Positions 55,525 to 64,000 of a DNA stretch of 64,000 bases are shown piece after piece. Under the pieces are notes generated by a model that had not been told where the DNA came from, did no database searches, and saw only the letters and a list, made by a program, of their open reading frames with translations. The stretch is taken from contig OZ245817.1 in the NCBI GenBank assembly GCA_965228475.1, positions 3,104,001-3,168,000 of the forward strand, given 5' to 3'. The stretch's first letter is position 1; each line of letters starts with the position of its first letter. The position numbers and the translations under genes were made by a program. This DNA comes from Myxococcota bacterium (GTDB lineage: Bacteria > Myxococcota_A > UBA9160 > JAFDDA01).

Positions 55525-58500
55525 CTAACGCCCCCCGGCCACGCCGACGGGTTCGGCGGCTGCGCTTCCGCCGCGCAGGCGCTCCCGTGTGCGCTCCACC
55601 TGGAGGTAGACCGCGGGCACGACGAAGAACGAGAGGAACGTCGCGAAGAACACGCCGCCGACCACGGCAACGCCGAGCGGCTGGCGCGATTCGCCGCCCG
55701 CACCGAGCCCCGCGGCGATCGGGACGAGGCCCGCGATCGTGGCGAGGGCGGTCATCAGGATCGGGCGGAAGCGGATGCGGCAGGCCTCGAGCGTGGCTTC
55801 CCGCACCTCCATGCCGCGCTCCCGGAGCTGGTTCGCGAACTCGACGATCAGGATCGAGTTCTTCGTCACGAGCCCGACGAGCATCACGAGGCCGATCTTG
55901 CTGTAGATGTTCAGCGTCATCGGGTTCTTCACGCCGAGGACGATCTCGCGCCACCACGTCACCATCTGGAGCGCCAGGAGCGCGCCGGTGAAGGAGAGCG
56001 CGACCGCCACGAGGATCGTGACCGGATGGATGAAGCTCTCGAACTGCGCCGAGAGCACGAGGTACACGACGAGGATGGCGAGGATGTAGGCGAAGGCCAG
56101 GGCGTTGCCGGACTCGAAGAACTTCTCGGCGTCGCCGGTCCAGGTGAAGTTGTAGCCGCTGCCGACGGGAACGACCTCGGAGGCGACCCGCGCCGCCGCG
56201 TCGAGCGCCTCCTTCTGGGAGAAGCCCCCTTCGAGGCGCGCGTTCACGGTGACGGCGCGGAAGCGGTCGTAGTGCGGCAGCGCGCGCGGCGCGATCGTCT
56301 CCCGGGCGTCGACGACCGAGCGCAGCGGGATCAGCAGGCCGTTGTGCCCGCGCGCGTAGAGGTCCATCAGCTGACGCGCGCGCTCGCGGGATTCGCGCTC
56401 GAGCTGGACCACGACGTCGTAGGTCTCCCCGTCGAGCTTGAAGGTCGAGAGGTCCTGGCCGCCGAGCAGGATCTGGAGCGTGCGCGCGACGTCGCGCACC
56501 GAGACGCCGAGGTCGCTCGCGCGGTCCCGGTCGATGTGGACGTCGAGCTGAGGTTTGTTCAGGAAGAGATCCGTCTCGACCCGCGAGAAGCCGGGCTCGG
56601 CCTCGAGGCGCTGCTTCACCTCTTCGGCGAGGCGCGCGAGCTCCTGGACGTCCTGGCCCTGGATCACGAGGGAGACCGGCGCGGCCGAGAAGCGGCCGAG
56701 GGGGCGCGGCTCGAAGGCGAAGGCCTGGACGCCCGGCACCTTGCGCAGCTCCTGGTTGATCGAGGCGACGACGTCGCGCTGGTGCCGGTCGCGCTGGTCC
56801 TTGGGCTTCATCATCGTGAACATGAACCCTTCGTTCACGAGCCCCGGCGTCCCGATGCCGAGGGAGACCACCGAGAAGATGCGCTCGATCTCCGGCGTAT
56901 CGAGGAAGACCTGTTCCGCTTCCTTCTGATAGCGGTCCGTGTACTCGATGGTCGCGCCCTCGGGCGCCGTCATCTTGGCGATCACCGAGCCGCGGTCCGA
57001 CGTCGGGATGAGCTCCTGGTCGATGCCCTGGAGCAGCACCGCACCGAGCAGGACCCACGCCGCGCCGACGGCGATCCAGAGCATGGGCCGCCGGAGCGCG
57101 GGGTCGACGATGGCGGCGTAGGCACGCGCCGGCGCGTCGAAGGTGCGTGCGAGCGTGCGCTTGAGCGCGGAGGGGGTCTCGTCCCGGCGGATCACGAGGG
57201 CACACAGGGCCGGGGAGAGCGTCAGCGCCACGAAGCCCGAGACGGCCACCGCGGCGGCGACGGTGACGGCGAACTCGCGGAAGAGCCGGCCGGTGGTGTC
57301 CGTCAGGAAGGTGAGCGGCAGGAAGACGGCCACCGCGGAGACCGTCGCCGAGACGACCGCGAAGGAGATCTCCTCCATGCCCCGGCGCGCGGCCTCGACC
57401 GGCCCCGCGCCCTCTTCCATCCAACGCGTGATGTTCTCGACCACCACGATGGCATCGTCCACGACCAGGCCGATGGCGAGCGTGATCCCCATCAGGGTGA
57501 GCGTGTTGATGGTGAAGCCGAATGCGTAGAGCACCATGAAGGCGCCGATCACCGAGACCGGAATCGCGGCGGCCGGGATCAAGGTGGCGCGGGCGCTGCG
57601 CAGGAAGCAGAAGATCACCAGCACGACGAGCGCGACGGCTTCGTAGATCGTGCGCTGGACGCTGTCGATGGACTGGCGGATGAAGATCGAGGAGTCGTAG
57701 GCCGGCTGGATGTTGACGCCGTCGGGCAGGATCGGCCGGATCACGTCGAGCTCGGCCCGCACGCGCGTCGCCACGTCCAGCGTGTTGGCCTTGGACTGCT
57801 TCACGATGCCGAGGCCGAGGCCCGGCACGCCGTTGAAGCGCACGATCTTGCGTTCGTCCTCGGGCCCGGCCTCGACGCGGGCGACGTCCCCGAGCCGTAC
57901 GGGCTCGGAGCCGGTACGCGGAGAGACGACGAGCCGCCGATAGGCTTCGACGGTCTTCAGCTCTCCGAGGCTGCGCACGGTGAACTCGCGGTCGGAACTC
58001 TCGATCCGGCCCGACGGGATGTCGACGTTCTGGACCTCGAGGGCGCTGGCGACGTCGGCGACCGTCAGGTTGTGGGAGGTCAGCCGGCTGTTGTCGATCC
58101 AGACGCGCATCGAGTAGCGGCGCTCGCCGGCGACGATCACCGTCGAGACGCCGGGGAGCTTCCCGATCCGGTCCTTGATGTAGAGCTCGGCGATGCGCGT
58201 GAGCTCGACCTGGTCGTAGCGGTCGCTCGAGAGGCCGGCCCACATGACGGGCCAGGCATCCGAGTCCTGCTTCGCGACGACCGGGTCGTCGATCTCCTCG
58301 GGGAGCTGACGCCGCGAGCGCGCGACGCGGTCGCGCACGTCGTTGGCCGCCACCTCGACGTCGCGGTCGAGGGTGAACTCCACCGAGATCTGCGAGACCT
58401 GCTCGCGGCTGGTGGAGGTGATGTGCTTGACGCCGTCGATGCCGACGAGCAGATCCTCGAGAGGCTGGGTGACGGAGGTCTCGACCACCTCGGGCGCCGC

Positions 58501-58659
58501 ACCGGGGAACACGGTGGTGACGGAGACGACGGGCGGGTCGACGTCCGGCAGCTCGCGGTTCTGGAGCCGGCTCGCGCCGATCCAGCCGAAGAGCACGATC
58601 ACGAGCGACATCACCGTCGCGAGGACGGGGCGATCGATCGATGTCTGCGAGAGCTTCAC
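55525..58659 (-). CDS. RND efflux transporter permease (AcrB/MdtF-like)
   Basis: 'IDRPVLATV', 'AIGLVVDDAIVVVENI', 'GLVTKNSILIVEFAN' and 'RFRPILMT'. Confidence 0.96.
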   Translation of the reverse strand: MKLSQTSIDRPVLATVMSLVIVLFGWIGASRLQNRELPDVDPPVVSVTTVFPGAAPEVVETSVTQPLEDLLVGIDGVKHITSTSREQVSQISVEFTLDRDVEVAANDVRDRVARSRRQLPEEIDDPVVAKQDSDAWPVMWAGLSSDRYDQVELTRIAELYIKDRIGKLPGVSTVIVAGERRYSMRVWIDNSRLTSHNLTVADVASALEVQNVDIPSGRIESSDREFTVRSLGELKTVEAYRRLVVSPRTGSEPVRLGDVARVEAGPEDERKIVRFNGVPGLGLGIVKQSKANTLDVATRVRAELDVIRPILPDGVNIQPAYDSSIFIRQSIDSVQRTIYEAVALVVLVIFCFLRSARATLIPAAAIPVSVIGAFMVLYAFGFTINTLTLMGITLAIGLVVDDAIVVVENITRWMEEGAGPVEAARRGMEEISFAVVSATVSAVAVFLPLTFLTDTTGRLFREFAVTVAAAVAVSGFVALTLSPALCALVIRRDETPSALKRTLARTFDAPARAYAAIVDPALRRPMLWIAVGAAWVLLGAVLLQGIDQELIPTSDRGSVIAKMTAPEGATIEYTDRYQKEAEQVFLDTPEIERIFSVVSLGIGTPGLVNEGFMFTMMKPKDQRDRHQRDVVASINQELRKVPGVQAFAFEPRPLGRFSAAPVSLVIQGQDVQELARLAEEVKQRLEAEPGFSRVETDLFLNKPQLDVHIDRDRASDLGVSVRDVARTLQILLGGQDLSTFKLDGETYDVVVQLERESRERARQLMDLYARGHNGLLIPLRSVVDARETIAPRALPHYDRFRAVTVNARLEGGFSQKEALDAAARVASEVVPVGSGYNFTWTGDAEKFFESGNALAFAYILAILVVYLVLSAQFESFIHPVTILVAVALSFTGALLALQMVTWWREIVLGVKNPMTLNIYSKIGLVMLVGLVTKNSILIVEFANQLRERGMEVREATLEACRIRFRPILMTALATIAGLVPIAAGLGAGGESRQPLGVAVVGGVFFATFLSFFVVPAVYLQVERTRERLRGGSAAAEPVGVAGGR

Positions 58660-58705
58660 GGGAGGGCCCCGGGCCTCGCGTCCGGGCCCGTTCTGCTCGC
58701 GCCCC

Positions 58706-59902
58706 TCACGTGCCGCTCGAGCCGGCTTCGGCGCGCGGGGCGCCTTCGGGCGTGGGCGCTGCCGGGTCGACCGTTTCGGTGGGCCGGTCGGCCGTGCGCT
58801 CGGCGGCGGTCACGCGCGCGCCGTCGAAGACCTTGTTCGTTCCGGCGGCCACGACCCGATCGCCGGGGGTGATGCCCTCGGTGATCTCGACGCGGCCGTT
58901 CAATCGCAGGCCGATCTCGACCGGCGCGCGGGAGGCCTCGTTCTCCGCATCGAGCCGCCAGACGAAGGCGCCGGCGCGGTCGTAGACGATGGCGGCCTCG
59001 GGCACGAGCAGCGATTCCGGGCGCTCGTCGATCACCGCCTCGACCTGGGCGAACAGGCCCGGCCGGAGCTTCTGCTCCGGGTTCGGGATCCAGGCCTTCA
59101 CGGCGATCCGGCGCGTCGCCTGCTCGAGGTAGGGCGAGACGAAGAAGACCTCGCCGTCGAAGAACTCCCCGGGATAGGGCGCGACCGAGATCCGCAGGGG
59201 CACGCCGGGCCGGGCCAGCGGCAGCGCCTGCTCGGGCAGCGAGAAGAAGAGCACGACGCGGTCGATGGCGTCGAGGCGGACGAGCTCCGTGCGGTCGTCC
59301 ACGCGGTCCCCGACCCAGACCTTCCGCTGGCCGGTGTAGCCGGTGAAGGGCGCCCGGACGTAGGTCTTCTCGAGCTGGACCTGGGCCAGGGAAACCGCCG
59401 CCCGTGCGATCTCGCGCTCGGCGGCCTGGCGCTCGAGCGCCGCGTCGGAGGCCGCGTTGCGGTCGGCCAGGCGCTTGGTGCGGTCGTACTCCGCCTGGAC
59501 CTTCGCGAGCTCGGCCTGGGCCAGCCGCAGCCGGGCCTTCTGCTCGTCGTTGCGCAGGGCGAACATCACGTCGCCCTTCTCGACGACGGCGCCCTCCTCG
59601 AACTCGATGCGGTCGATCACGCCGTCGTCTTCGGCCCGGAGGACGACGCTGGCTTCGGCCTCGAGCTGGCCGACGAAGGCGACTTCGTCCCGGAGGAGCT
59701 CCGGGGCCACCGTCACGACCTCGACGGTGATGGCGCGCGGGCCGCGCGGCTCGGTCGGGGCGGCGTCGCCCTGGCCGCAGCCCGCACCGGCCAGGAGCAG
59801 GCTCGCGGAGAGCGTCAGGAACCGCCCGCCCGGCGCCGCAGGCGAAGCCCCCCGAGAAGCGAGGAAACCCATGCGAAGCAAGCGCTTAGCTGCCCTGACC
59901 AT
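58706..59902 (-). CDS. RND periplasmic adaptor (MFP), probable lipoprotein
   Basis: Lipobox-like 'LAGAGC', 'VRAPFTG', 'LRPGLFA' and 'VPEAAI'. Confidence 0.92.
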   Translation of the reverse strand: MVRAAKRLLRMGFLASRGASPAAPGGRFLTLSASLLLAGAGCGQGDAAPTEPRGPRAITVEVVTVAPELLRDEVAFVGQLEAEASVVLRAEDDGVIDRIEFEEGAVVEKGDVMFALRNDEQKARLRLAQAELAKVQAEYDRTKRLADRNAASDAALERQAAEREIARAAVSLAQVQLEKTYVRAPFTGYTGQRKVWVGDRVDDRTELVRLDAIDRVVLFFSLPEQALPLARPGVPLRISVAPYPGEFFDGEVFFVSPYLEQATRRIAVKAWIPNPEQKLRPGLFAQVEAVIDERPESLLVPEAAIVYDRAGAFVWRLDAENEASRAPVEIGLRLNGRVEITEGITPGDRVVAAGTNKVFDGARVTAAERTADRPTETVDPAAPTPEGAPRAEAGSSGT

Positions 59903-59932
59903 GGCCGGAGACTAGCGCGTTATGTTGTGGCC

Positions 59933-60559
59933 ATGCGAAAGCCCGAGCCGATCATCGCCTGCCTCGATCTCGAGGGGGTCCTCGTCCCCGAAATCTGGAT
60001 CCACTTCGCCGAACACACCGGAATCGAGGCCCTGAAGGCCACCACGCGCGACATCCCGGACTACGACGTGCTGATGAAGCAGCGCCTGCGCATCTTGGAG
60101 GAGAACGGCCTCGGGATCGCGGACATCCAGGAGGTCATCGCCGGGATGGGGCCGATGCCGGGGGCCAAGGACTTCCTGGACGGCCTCCGGGCCCGCGTCC
60201 AGGTCGTGATCCTCTCGGACACCTTCTACGAGTTCGCCGAGCCGCTGATGGCGCAGCTCGGCCGCCCGACGCTCTTCTGCCACCAGCTCGAGATCCAGGA
60301 CGGGCGGGTCGCGGACTACCACCTGCGGCTGCCCGACCCGAAGCGCAAGGCCGTGCTCGCCTTCCGGGAGCTGGCCTTCCGGACGATCGCCGCCGGCGAC
60401 TCGTACAACGACACCACGATGCTCGGGGAGGCCGATGCCGGCATCCTCTTCCGGCCGCCGGACAACGTCGTGGCGGAGTTCCCGCAGTTCCCGGTGGCGC
60501 GGGAGTACGACGCCCTGCGCGAGGAGTTCGAGCAGGCCATCGCGCGGCTCAACGGCTAG
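59933..60559 (+). CDS. thrH: Phosphoserine phosphatase/homoserine phosphotransferase ThrH
   Basis: 'CLDLEGVLVPEIW', 'TTRDIPDYDVLM', 'LSDTFYEF' and 'AAGDSYNDTTML'. Confidence 0.96.
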   Translation: MRKPEPIIACLDLEGVLVPEIWIHFAEHTGIEALKATTRDIPDYDVLMKQRLRILEENGLGIADIQEVIAGMGPMPGAKDFLDGLRARVQVVILSDTFYEFAEPLMAQLGRPTLFCHQLEIQDGRVADYHLRLPDPKRKAVLAFRELAFRTIAAGDSYNDTTMLGEADAGILFRPPDNVVAEFPQFPVAREYDALREEFEQAIARLNG

Positions 60560-60586
60560 CATCCCTCCGCATTCAAGGAGGGAATC

Positions 60587-61093
60587 ATGGCCACCCGGAA
60601 TCTGCGAGAACGCTTCGCACTCGTCGCCGTCTGCTTCGGTCTCGGCCTCGCGCCGCTCGCCTGCGGCGGTGGATCCGAGGAACCGGCGCCCGCGAAACCG
60701 GCCCCCACCGAGCCCGCACCCGCCGAACCCACGACGCCGGCGCCGACCCCGACGCCGGAACCCGAGCCGGCCGCACCCGTCGCCGGCGGCGGCGACGTCG
60801 CTGCGGGGCAGGCCCTCTACGCGACGTACTGCGGAAGCTGCCACGGGGCGACCGGCAACGGCGACGGCCCCGTCTCGGCGAGCCTGAACCCGAAGCCCGC
60901 CAAGCACAGCGACGGCGCCTACATGAACGCCCTCGACGACGAGCACCTGACGAAGGTGATCAAGCTCGGCGGCACAGCGGTGGGCAAGTCGGCGATGATG
61001 GCGCCCTGGGGCGGCACCCTGAACGACGCCCAGATCGCCGACGTGATCGCCTACATTCGCTCGCTGGCGAACCCGCCCTACCCTGGAAGCTGA
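60587..61093 (+). CDS. Lipid-anchored monoheme cytochrome c
   Basis: Lipobox 'PLAC', Pro/Ala/Thr/Glu-rich linker, CxxCH 'CGSCH' and distal Met region 'MMAPW'. Confidence 0.9.
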   Translation: MATRNLRERFALVAVCFGLGLAPLACGGGSEEPAPAKPAPTEPAPAEPTTPAPTPTPEPEPAAPVAGGGDVAAGQALYATYCGSCHGATGNGDGPVSASLNPKPAKHSDGAYMNALDDEHLTKVIKLGGTAVGKSAMMAPWGGTLNDAQIADVIAYIRSLANPPYPGS

Positions 61094-61117
61094 GGCGGGC
61101 CGGAAGTTGAGGCGGGC

Positions 61118-61918
61118 CTAGGAAGCGACGTCGACTTCCCGCTCGCCGGGCCGCTTGAACATCGGGTGGCCGGCGGGCTGGTAGGTGATGACGAAGGCGC
61201 GCCGCGGCCGATCGGAACGGTTCGGCTGCGAGCCGTGCACCGTGTGCGCGCTGAAGAAGACCAGTGATCCCGCCGGCGCCACGATGGGAACCTGCGCGTC
61301 TTCGTCGAAGTAGCGCGGGTCCGTGAACAGGGCGCCGAGCTCGCCCTCGCCCGTGAGCCCCGGCAGGCAGCCCTCGCGATGGCTCCCGCGCACCACCCGG
61401 AAGCAGCCGTTCTCCTCGTCGGCGTCGTCGAGGGTCACCATCACGTTCGGCAGGAGGTCGAGGTGCGCGGCGAAGTGGTGCCAGTACGGCGAGTCCTGGT
61501 GCCAGCGGAAGCCCGAGCCCTCGCGCGGCCGCTTCAGGTTCAGCTTGTCGGTGAAGAGCGAGACGCGCTCCGAGCGGACGAGGCCCCGCATCGGCTCGAC
61601 CAGGCGCGGGTCGTCCATGAGCGCGTCGAGGACGTCGTCGAGGTGGTGGAACGGCTCGATCACTCGCAGGGTGCGCGTCGCCTCCGCGTGCTCGAGCTGG
61701 ATGGTCGAGCCCTCCCCCTCCAGGTAGACGTTCCCGTCGATGGCGTAGCGTTCCGCCGGCGCATCCACGTGGCTCGCGGCGAGCGCGGCGACCCGCTCGG
61801 CGGCGGCGCGCAGGGCTTCGAGCTCGGCGGGGCCGAAGACGGCCTCGCGCACGAAGAAGCCGTCCTTCTCGTAGGCGTCGCGCTCGAGGGCCGAGAGCTT
61901 GAGAGAGTTTCGATCCAT
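61118..61918 (-). CDS. Phytanoyl-CoA dioxygenase (PhyH) family Fe/2OG enzyme
   Basis: 'YEKDGF', 'WHQD', 'ENGCFRVVRGSH' and 'HGSQPNRS..RR'. Confidence 0.92.
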   Translation of the reverse strand: MDRNSLKLSALERDAYEKDGFFVREAVFGPAELEALRAAAERVAALAASHVDAPAERYAIDGNVYLEGEGSTIQLEHAEATRTLRVIEPFHHLDDVLDALMDDPRLVEPMRGLVRSERVSLFTDKLNLKRPREGSGFRWHQDSPYWHHFAAHLDLLPNVMVTLDDADEENGCFRVVRGSHREGCLPGLTGEGELGALFTDPRYFDEDAQVPIVAPAGSLVFFSAHTVHGSQPNRSDRPRRAFVITYQPAGHPMFKRPGEREVDVAS

Positions 61919-61935
61919 GGCGGCGGGAGGTTAGC

Positions 61936-63201
61936 TCAGACCCATGCCCGGGAGAGGAACCAGTAGAGCCCCGCGGCGAGGACCGGCGCGCTTCCCCACT
62001 GGATCGTCGCGAGCCGGCGCGGAGCGGGGCCGAGCAGCAGCGGACGCAGCAGCACCCAGCCCACGACGACGACCACGAGCTGCCCGACCTCGACGCCGAG
62101 GTTGAAGCCGAGCAGCGCGGGCAGGACGTTCTCGGGCGGAAGCCCCGTTTCCGCGAGCACCCCGGCAAAGCCGAAACCGTGGATCAGCCCGAACGCCAGC
62201 GCCGCGAGCCAGCGCAGCCGCTCCACCCGGGCGACACGCTCGGAGAGGCCGAGGTAGCAGAGCGAGAAAAGGCCGACGCCCGCGAGCGCCGGCAGCGGCA
62301 GGCCGACCTGGCCGAAGGCCGCGCCGAGGCAGGCGAAGGCGACCAGCCCCGCCAACACCAGCGTGAGACGGCGCCGGGAGCGCCGCCCGAACGTCATGCC
62401 GAAGTTCTCGAGCGCGACGACCACGATCGAGAACCCGATCAGCGCCTCGACGGCCGCGGGGAGCGGCGTCACCCAGCCGAGCACGCCGAGGGCCAGGGTC
62501 AGGCTGTGGGCCACGGTGAACCCGGTGACCACCGTCGCGAGCTGGGCGATCCCCGTCCCGGTGAGCAGCAGCGCGAGGACGAAGACCAGATGATCGATTC
62601 CCCCCGCGATGTGTTCGACGCCGAGCTTCAGATAGTCGAGGACCGACGACGCCCCCTCCCCTTCGTGGCCCTCGCCGCCCGGAATCCACTCGGTCTGAGA
62701 GAGCACGATCACGCGGTCGAGCTCGAGCCCATCCGGGGTGCGCACGCGTGCGAGGTGAAGGTGGCTCGGGTCCGCTTCGAGGAAGAGGTCGACCTCGATC
62801 ACGGGGCGGCCGGGGTCGCAGGCGAGGCGGAAGCGGCGGCCGAAGTGCGTCGGGTCGGCAGAGGAAACCGGCGCCACGGCGCCGCGCACGACGCAGGGCC
62901 CGGCCTCGGTCCGCATGCGGACGTGCTCGATCAGGTAGTCGTCGACCACGGCGAGCACGTCCGTCCGGAAGCCGAGCGCTTCCGGGACGACGCCGGCGAC
63001 CTCCGGAAGCACCTTCTGGAGCGCCGCCCAGGGGACGCGCACCGTCACGCGCGCCTCGGGGCCCGCGTCGGTTTCGGGCGCGAAGTGCCAGGCACTGAGC
63101 GACGTCGCACGCGGGTGCGCGCCGGCCTGCAGCGCGGGCAGGAGCAACGCCACGGCGAGGAGCCACCCGAACGAAGCCCGCTTCGAGGAAGGCGGCGTCA
63201 C
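61936..63201 (-). CDS. HupE/UreJ-family membrane protein with periplasmic N-domain
   Basis: Signal peptide ending 'AGA-H', then 'GVEHIAGGIDHLVF', 'FTVAHSLTL', 'FGLIHGFGFA' and 'FNLGVEVGQ'. Confidence 0.9.
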   Translation of the reverse strand: MTPPSSKRASFGWLLAVALLLPALQAGAHPRATSLSAWHFAPETDAGPEARVTVRVPWAALQKVLPEVAGVVPEALGFRTDVLAVVDDYLIEHVRMRTEAGPCVVRGAVAPVSSADPTHFGRRFRLACDPGRPVIEVDLFLEADPSHLHLARVRTPDGLELDRVIVLSQTEWIPGGEGHEGEGASSVLDYLKLGVEHIAGGIDHLVFVLALLLTGTGIAQLATVVTGFTVAHSLTLALGVLGWVTPLPAAVEALIGFSIVVVALENFGMTFGRRSRRRLTLVLAGLVAFACLGAAFGQVGLPLPALAGVGLFSLCYLGLSERVARVERLRWLAALAFGLIHGFGFAGVLAETGLPPENVLPALLGFNLGVEVGQLVVVVVGWVLLRPLLLGPAPRRLATIQWGSAPVLAAGLYWFLSRAWV

Positions 63202-64000
63202 GAACCCTCCGCTTCCGACGCCGCACCGTCGACGGGCTCCGCCTGGACGTCGGCGCTCGCGCGCAGGTCGTCGAGGAAGCCGCGCAGGGCCTGCTCGCCC
63301 TGGCTGCGGGTCCACTCGGCGCGGACCTGGTCCGCGACCTCCTCGAAGGGCGGGACGCGGTCGGGCTGACGCTCGAGCATGCGCAGGACGACGTAGCCGG
63401 CGCTCGCGCGGAACGGCTCGGCCACCGCGCCGGCCTCGAGATCCCGCGCGCGCAGGGCCGCGGTGGGACCGAGATAGCGGCGGACGGTCTCGAGCGGCAC
63501 GGGCCCGCCGGGCATCGGCGGAGCTGAGAGCGCCGGCCAGCGAGCCTGGGCGTCTTCGAGGGTTCGGCCCTCCCCTTCCCCATCCTCTTGCAAGAAAGCC
63601 GCGACCTCCGTGGCCAGCGCGCGTGCGGCGCCGTCCTGCTCGCGGTCCGCGACCGGGGAGACCAGCGCTTCGACCGAGACCCGCCCCGGGCGCGAGAACC
63701 GGCCGGGGTTCTCGGCGTGGTACGCGCGGAGCTCCGCCTCCTCGGGCTCCCGGCCTTCGGCGGCCCCCGTCACCGCCGCGATCACGGATTGCACGATCAC
63801 CCGGCGCGCGGTCGGCTCGTGGCGCGCGAGACCCATCCCGATGCCGTGCTGGAGCAGGAGCTCCTCTTCGATCAGGCGGTCGAGCAGACGCTGCCGCTCT
63901 TCGACGGGCAAGGCGGCGGTCTTGCGTTCCTGGGCGACCGCCGCCGCGAACCGCTCGTAGCTGTCGCGCGAGAGCGGCTGCCCGTTCACCACGGCGATCG
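63198..64000 (-). CDS. PpiC/SurA-like peptidyl-prolyl isomerase domain protein (5'-partial)
   Basis: 'AVVNGQPLS', 'LDRLIEEELL', 'ELRAYH', 'EPFRASAGYVVL' and 'PFEEVADQV'. Confidence 0.8.
   Translation of the reverse strand, partial: IAVVNGQPLSRDSYERFAAAVAQERKTAALPVEERQRLLDRLIEEELLLQHGIGMGLARHEPTARRVIVQSVIAAVTGAAEGREPEEAELRAYHAENPGRFSRPGRVSVEALVSPVADREQDGAARALATEVAAFLQEDGEGEGRTLEDAQARWPALSAPPMPGGPVPLETVRRYLGPTAALRARDLEAGAVAEPFRASAGYVVLRMLERQPDRVPPFEEVADQVRAEWTRSQGEQALRGFLDDLRASADVQAEPVDGAASEAEGS

Noticed and set aside
60677..60780. Repetitive Pro-Ala-Thr-Glu DNA as a tandem repeat or CRISPR
   Set aside because: It is a low-complexity linker inside the cytochrome c lipoprotein, with no repeat-spacer structure.
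45713..63201. Nickel/urease system linking the NikR-like gene with the HupE/UreJ gene
   Set aside because: There are no urease or hydrogenase genes, the two genes are about 16 kb apart in unrelated operons, and the NikR-like protein lacks the Ni ligands.

Overview
This is very GC-rich bacterial chromosomal DNA, most plausibly from a Myxococcota/deltaproteobacterial lineage (inferred from the myxobacterial-type PilZ protein and the dcw gene order, not proven). I found no tRNA, rRNA, CRISPR array, prophage or transposase. In order, the window holds: (1) a phasin-like gene, an acyltransferase/epimerase pair and a histone deacetylase family gene; (2) a division/cell-wall cluster mraZ-rsmH-ftsL-ftsI-murE-murF-mraY-murD-ftsW-murG-murC-murB-ftsQ-ftsA-ftsZ with no ddl; (3) lipid, stress and housekeeping genes (crotonase, HPF/RaiA, FabI-like, BON, DUF533, YqeY, ndk, PilZ, quinone oxidoreductase, an acyl-CoA dehydrogenase pair with an HxlR-SCP2 regulator); (4) RNase P RNA, an ArgA-like gene, an SLC13 permease, a TetR-RND efflux operon and an alternative RpoD-family sigma factor; (5) a guanidine ('urea') carboxylase nitrogen-assimilation locus; (6) uppP, a second RND pump, thrH, a cytochrome c lipoprotein, PhyH, HupE/UreJ and a partial PpiC gene. 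The guanidine locus is the most interesting part. It has no recognisable guanidine riboswitch; instead it has two divergent sigma54 promoters around NtrC-like boxes, a NikR-fold regulator lacking three of four nickel ligands, an acidic TorF-type porin, and a structured leader with an anti-Shine-Dalgarno (SD) sequence. Other signals: tandem NrdR-like boxes upstream of the division operon, a large structured RNA between mraZ and rsmH, two doubly coupled mini-ORFs with a 29-nt offset before ftsL and ftsQ, one 66-bp promoter architecture shared by two transcription units, and many apparently leaderless genes.
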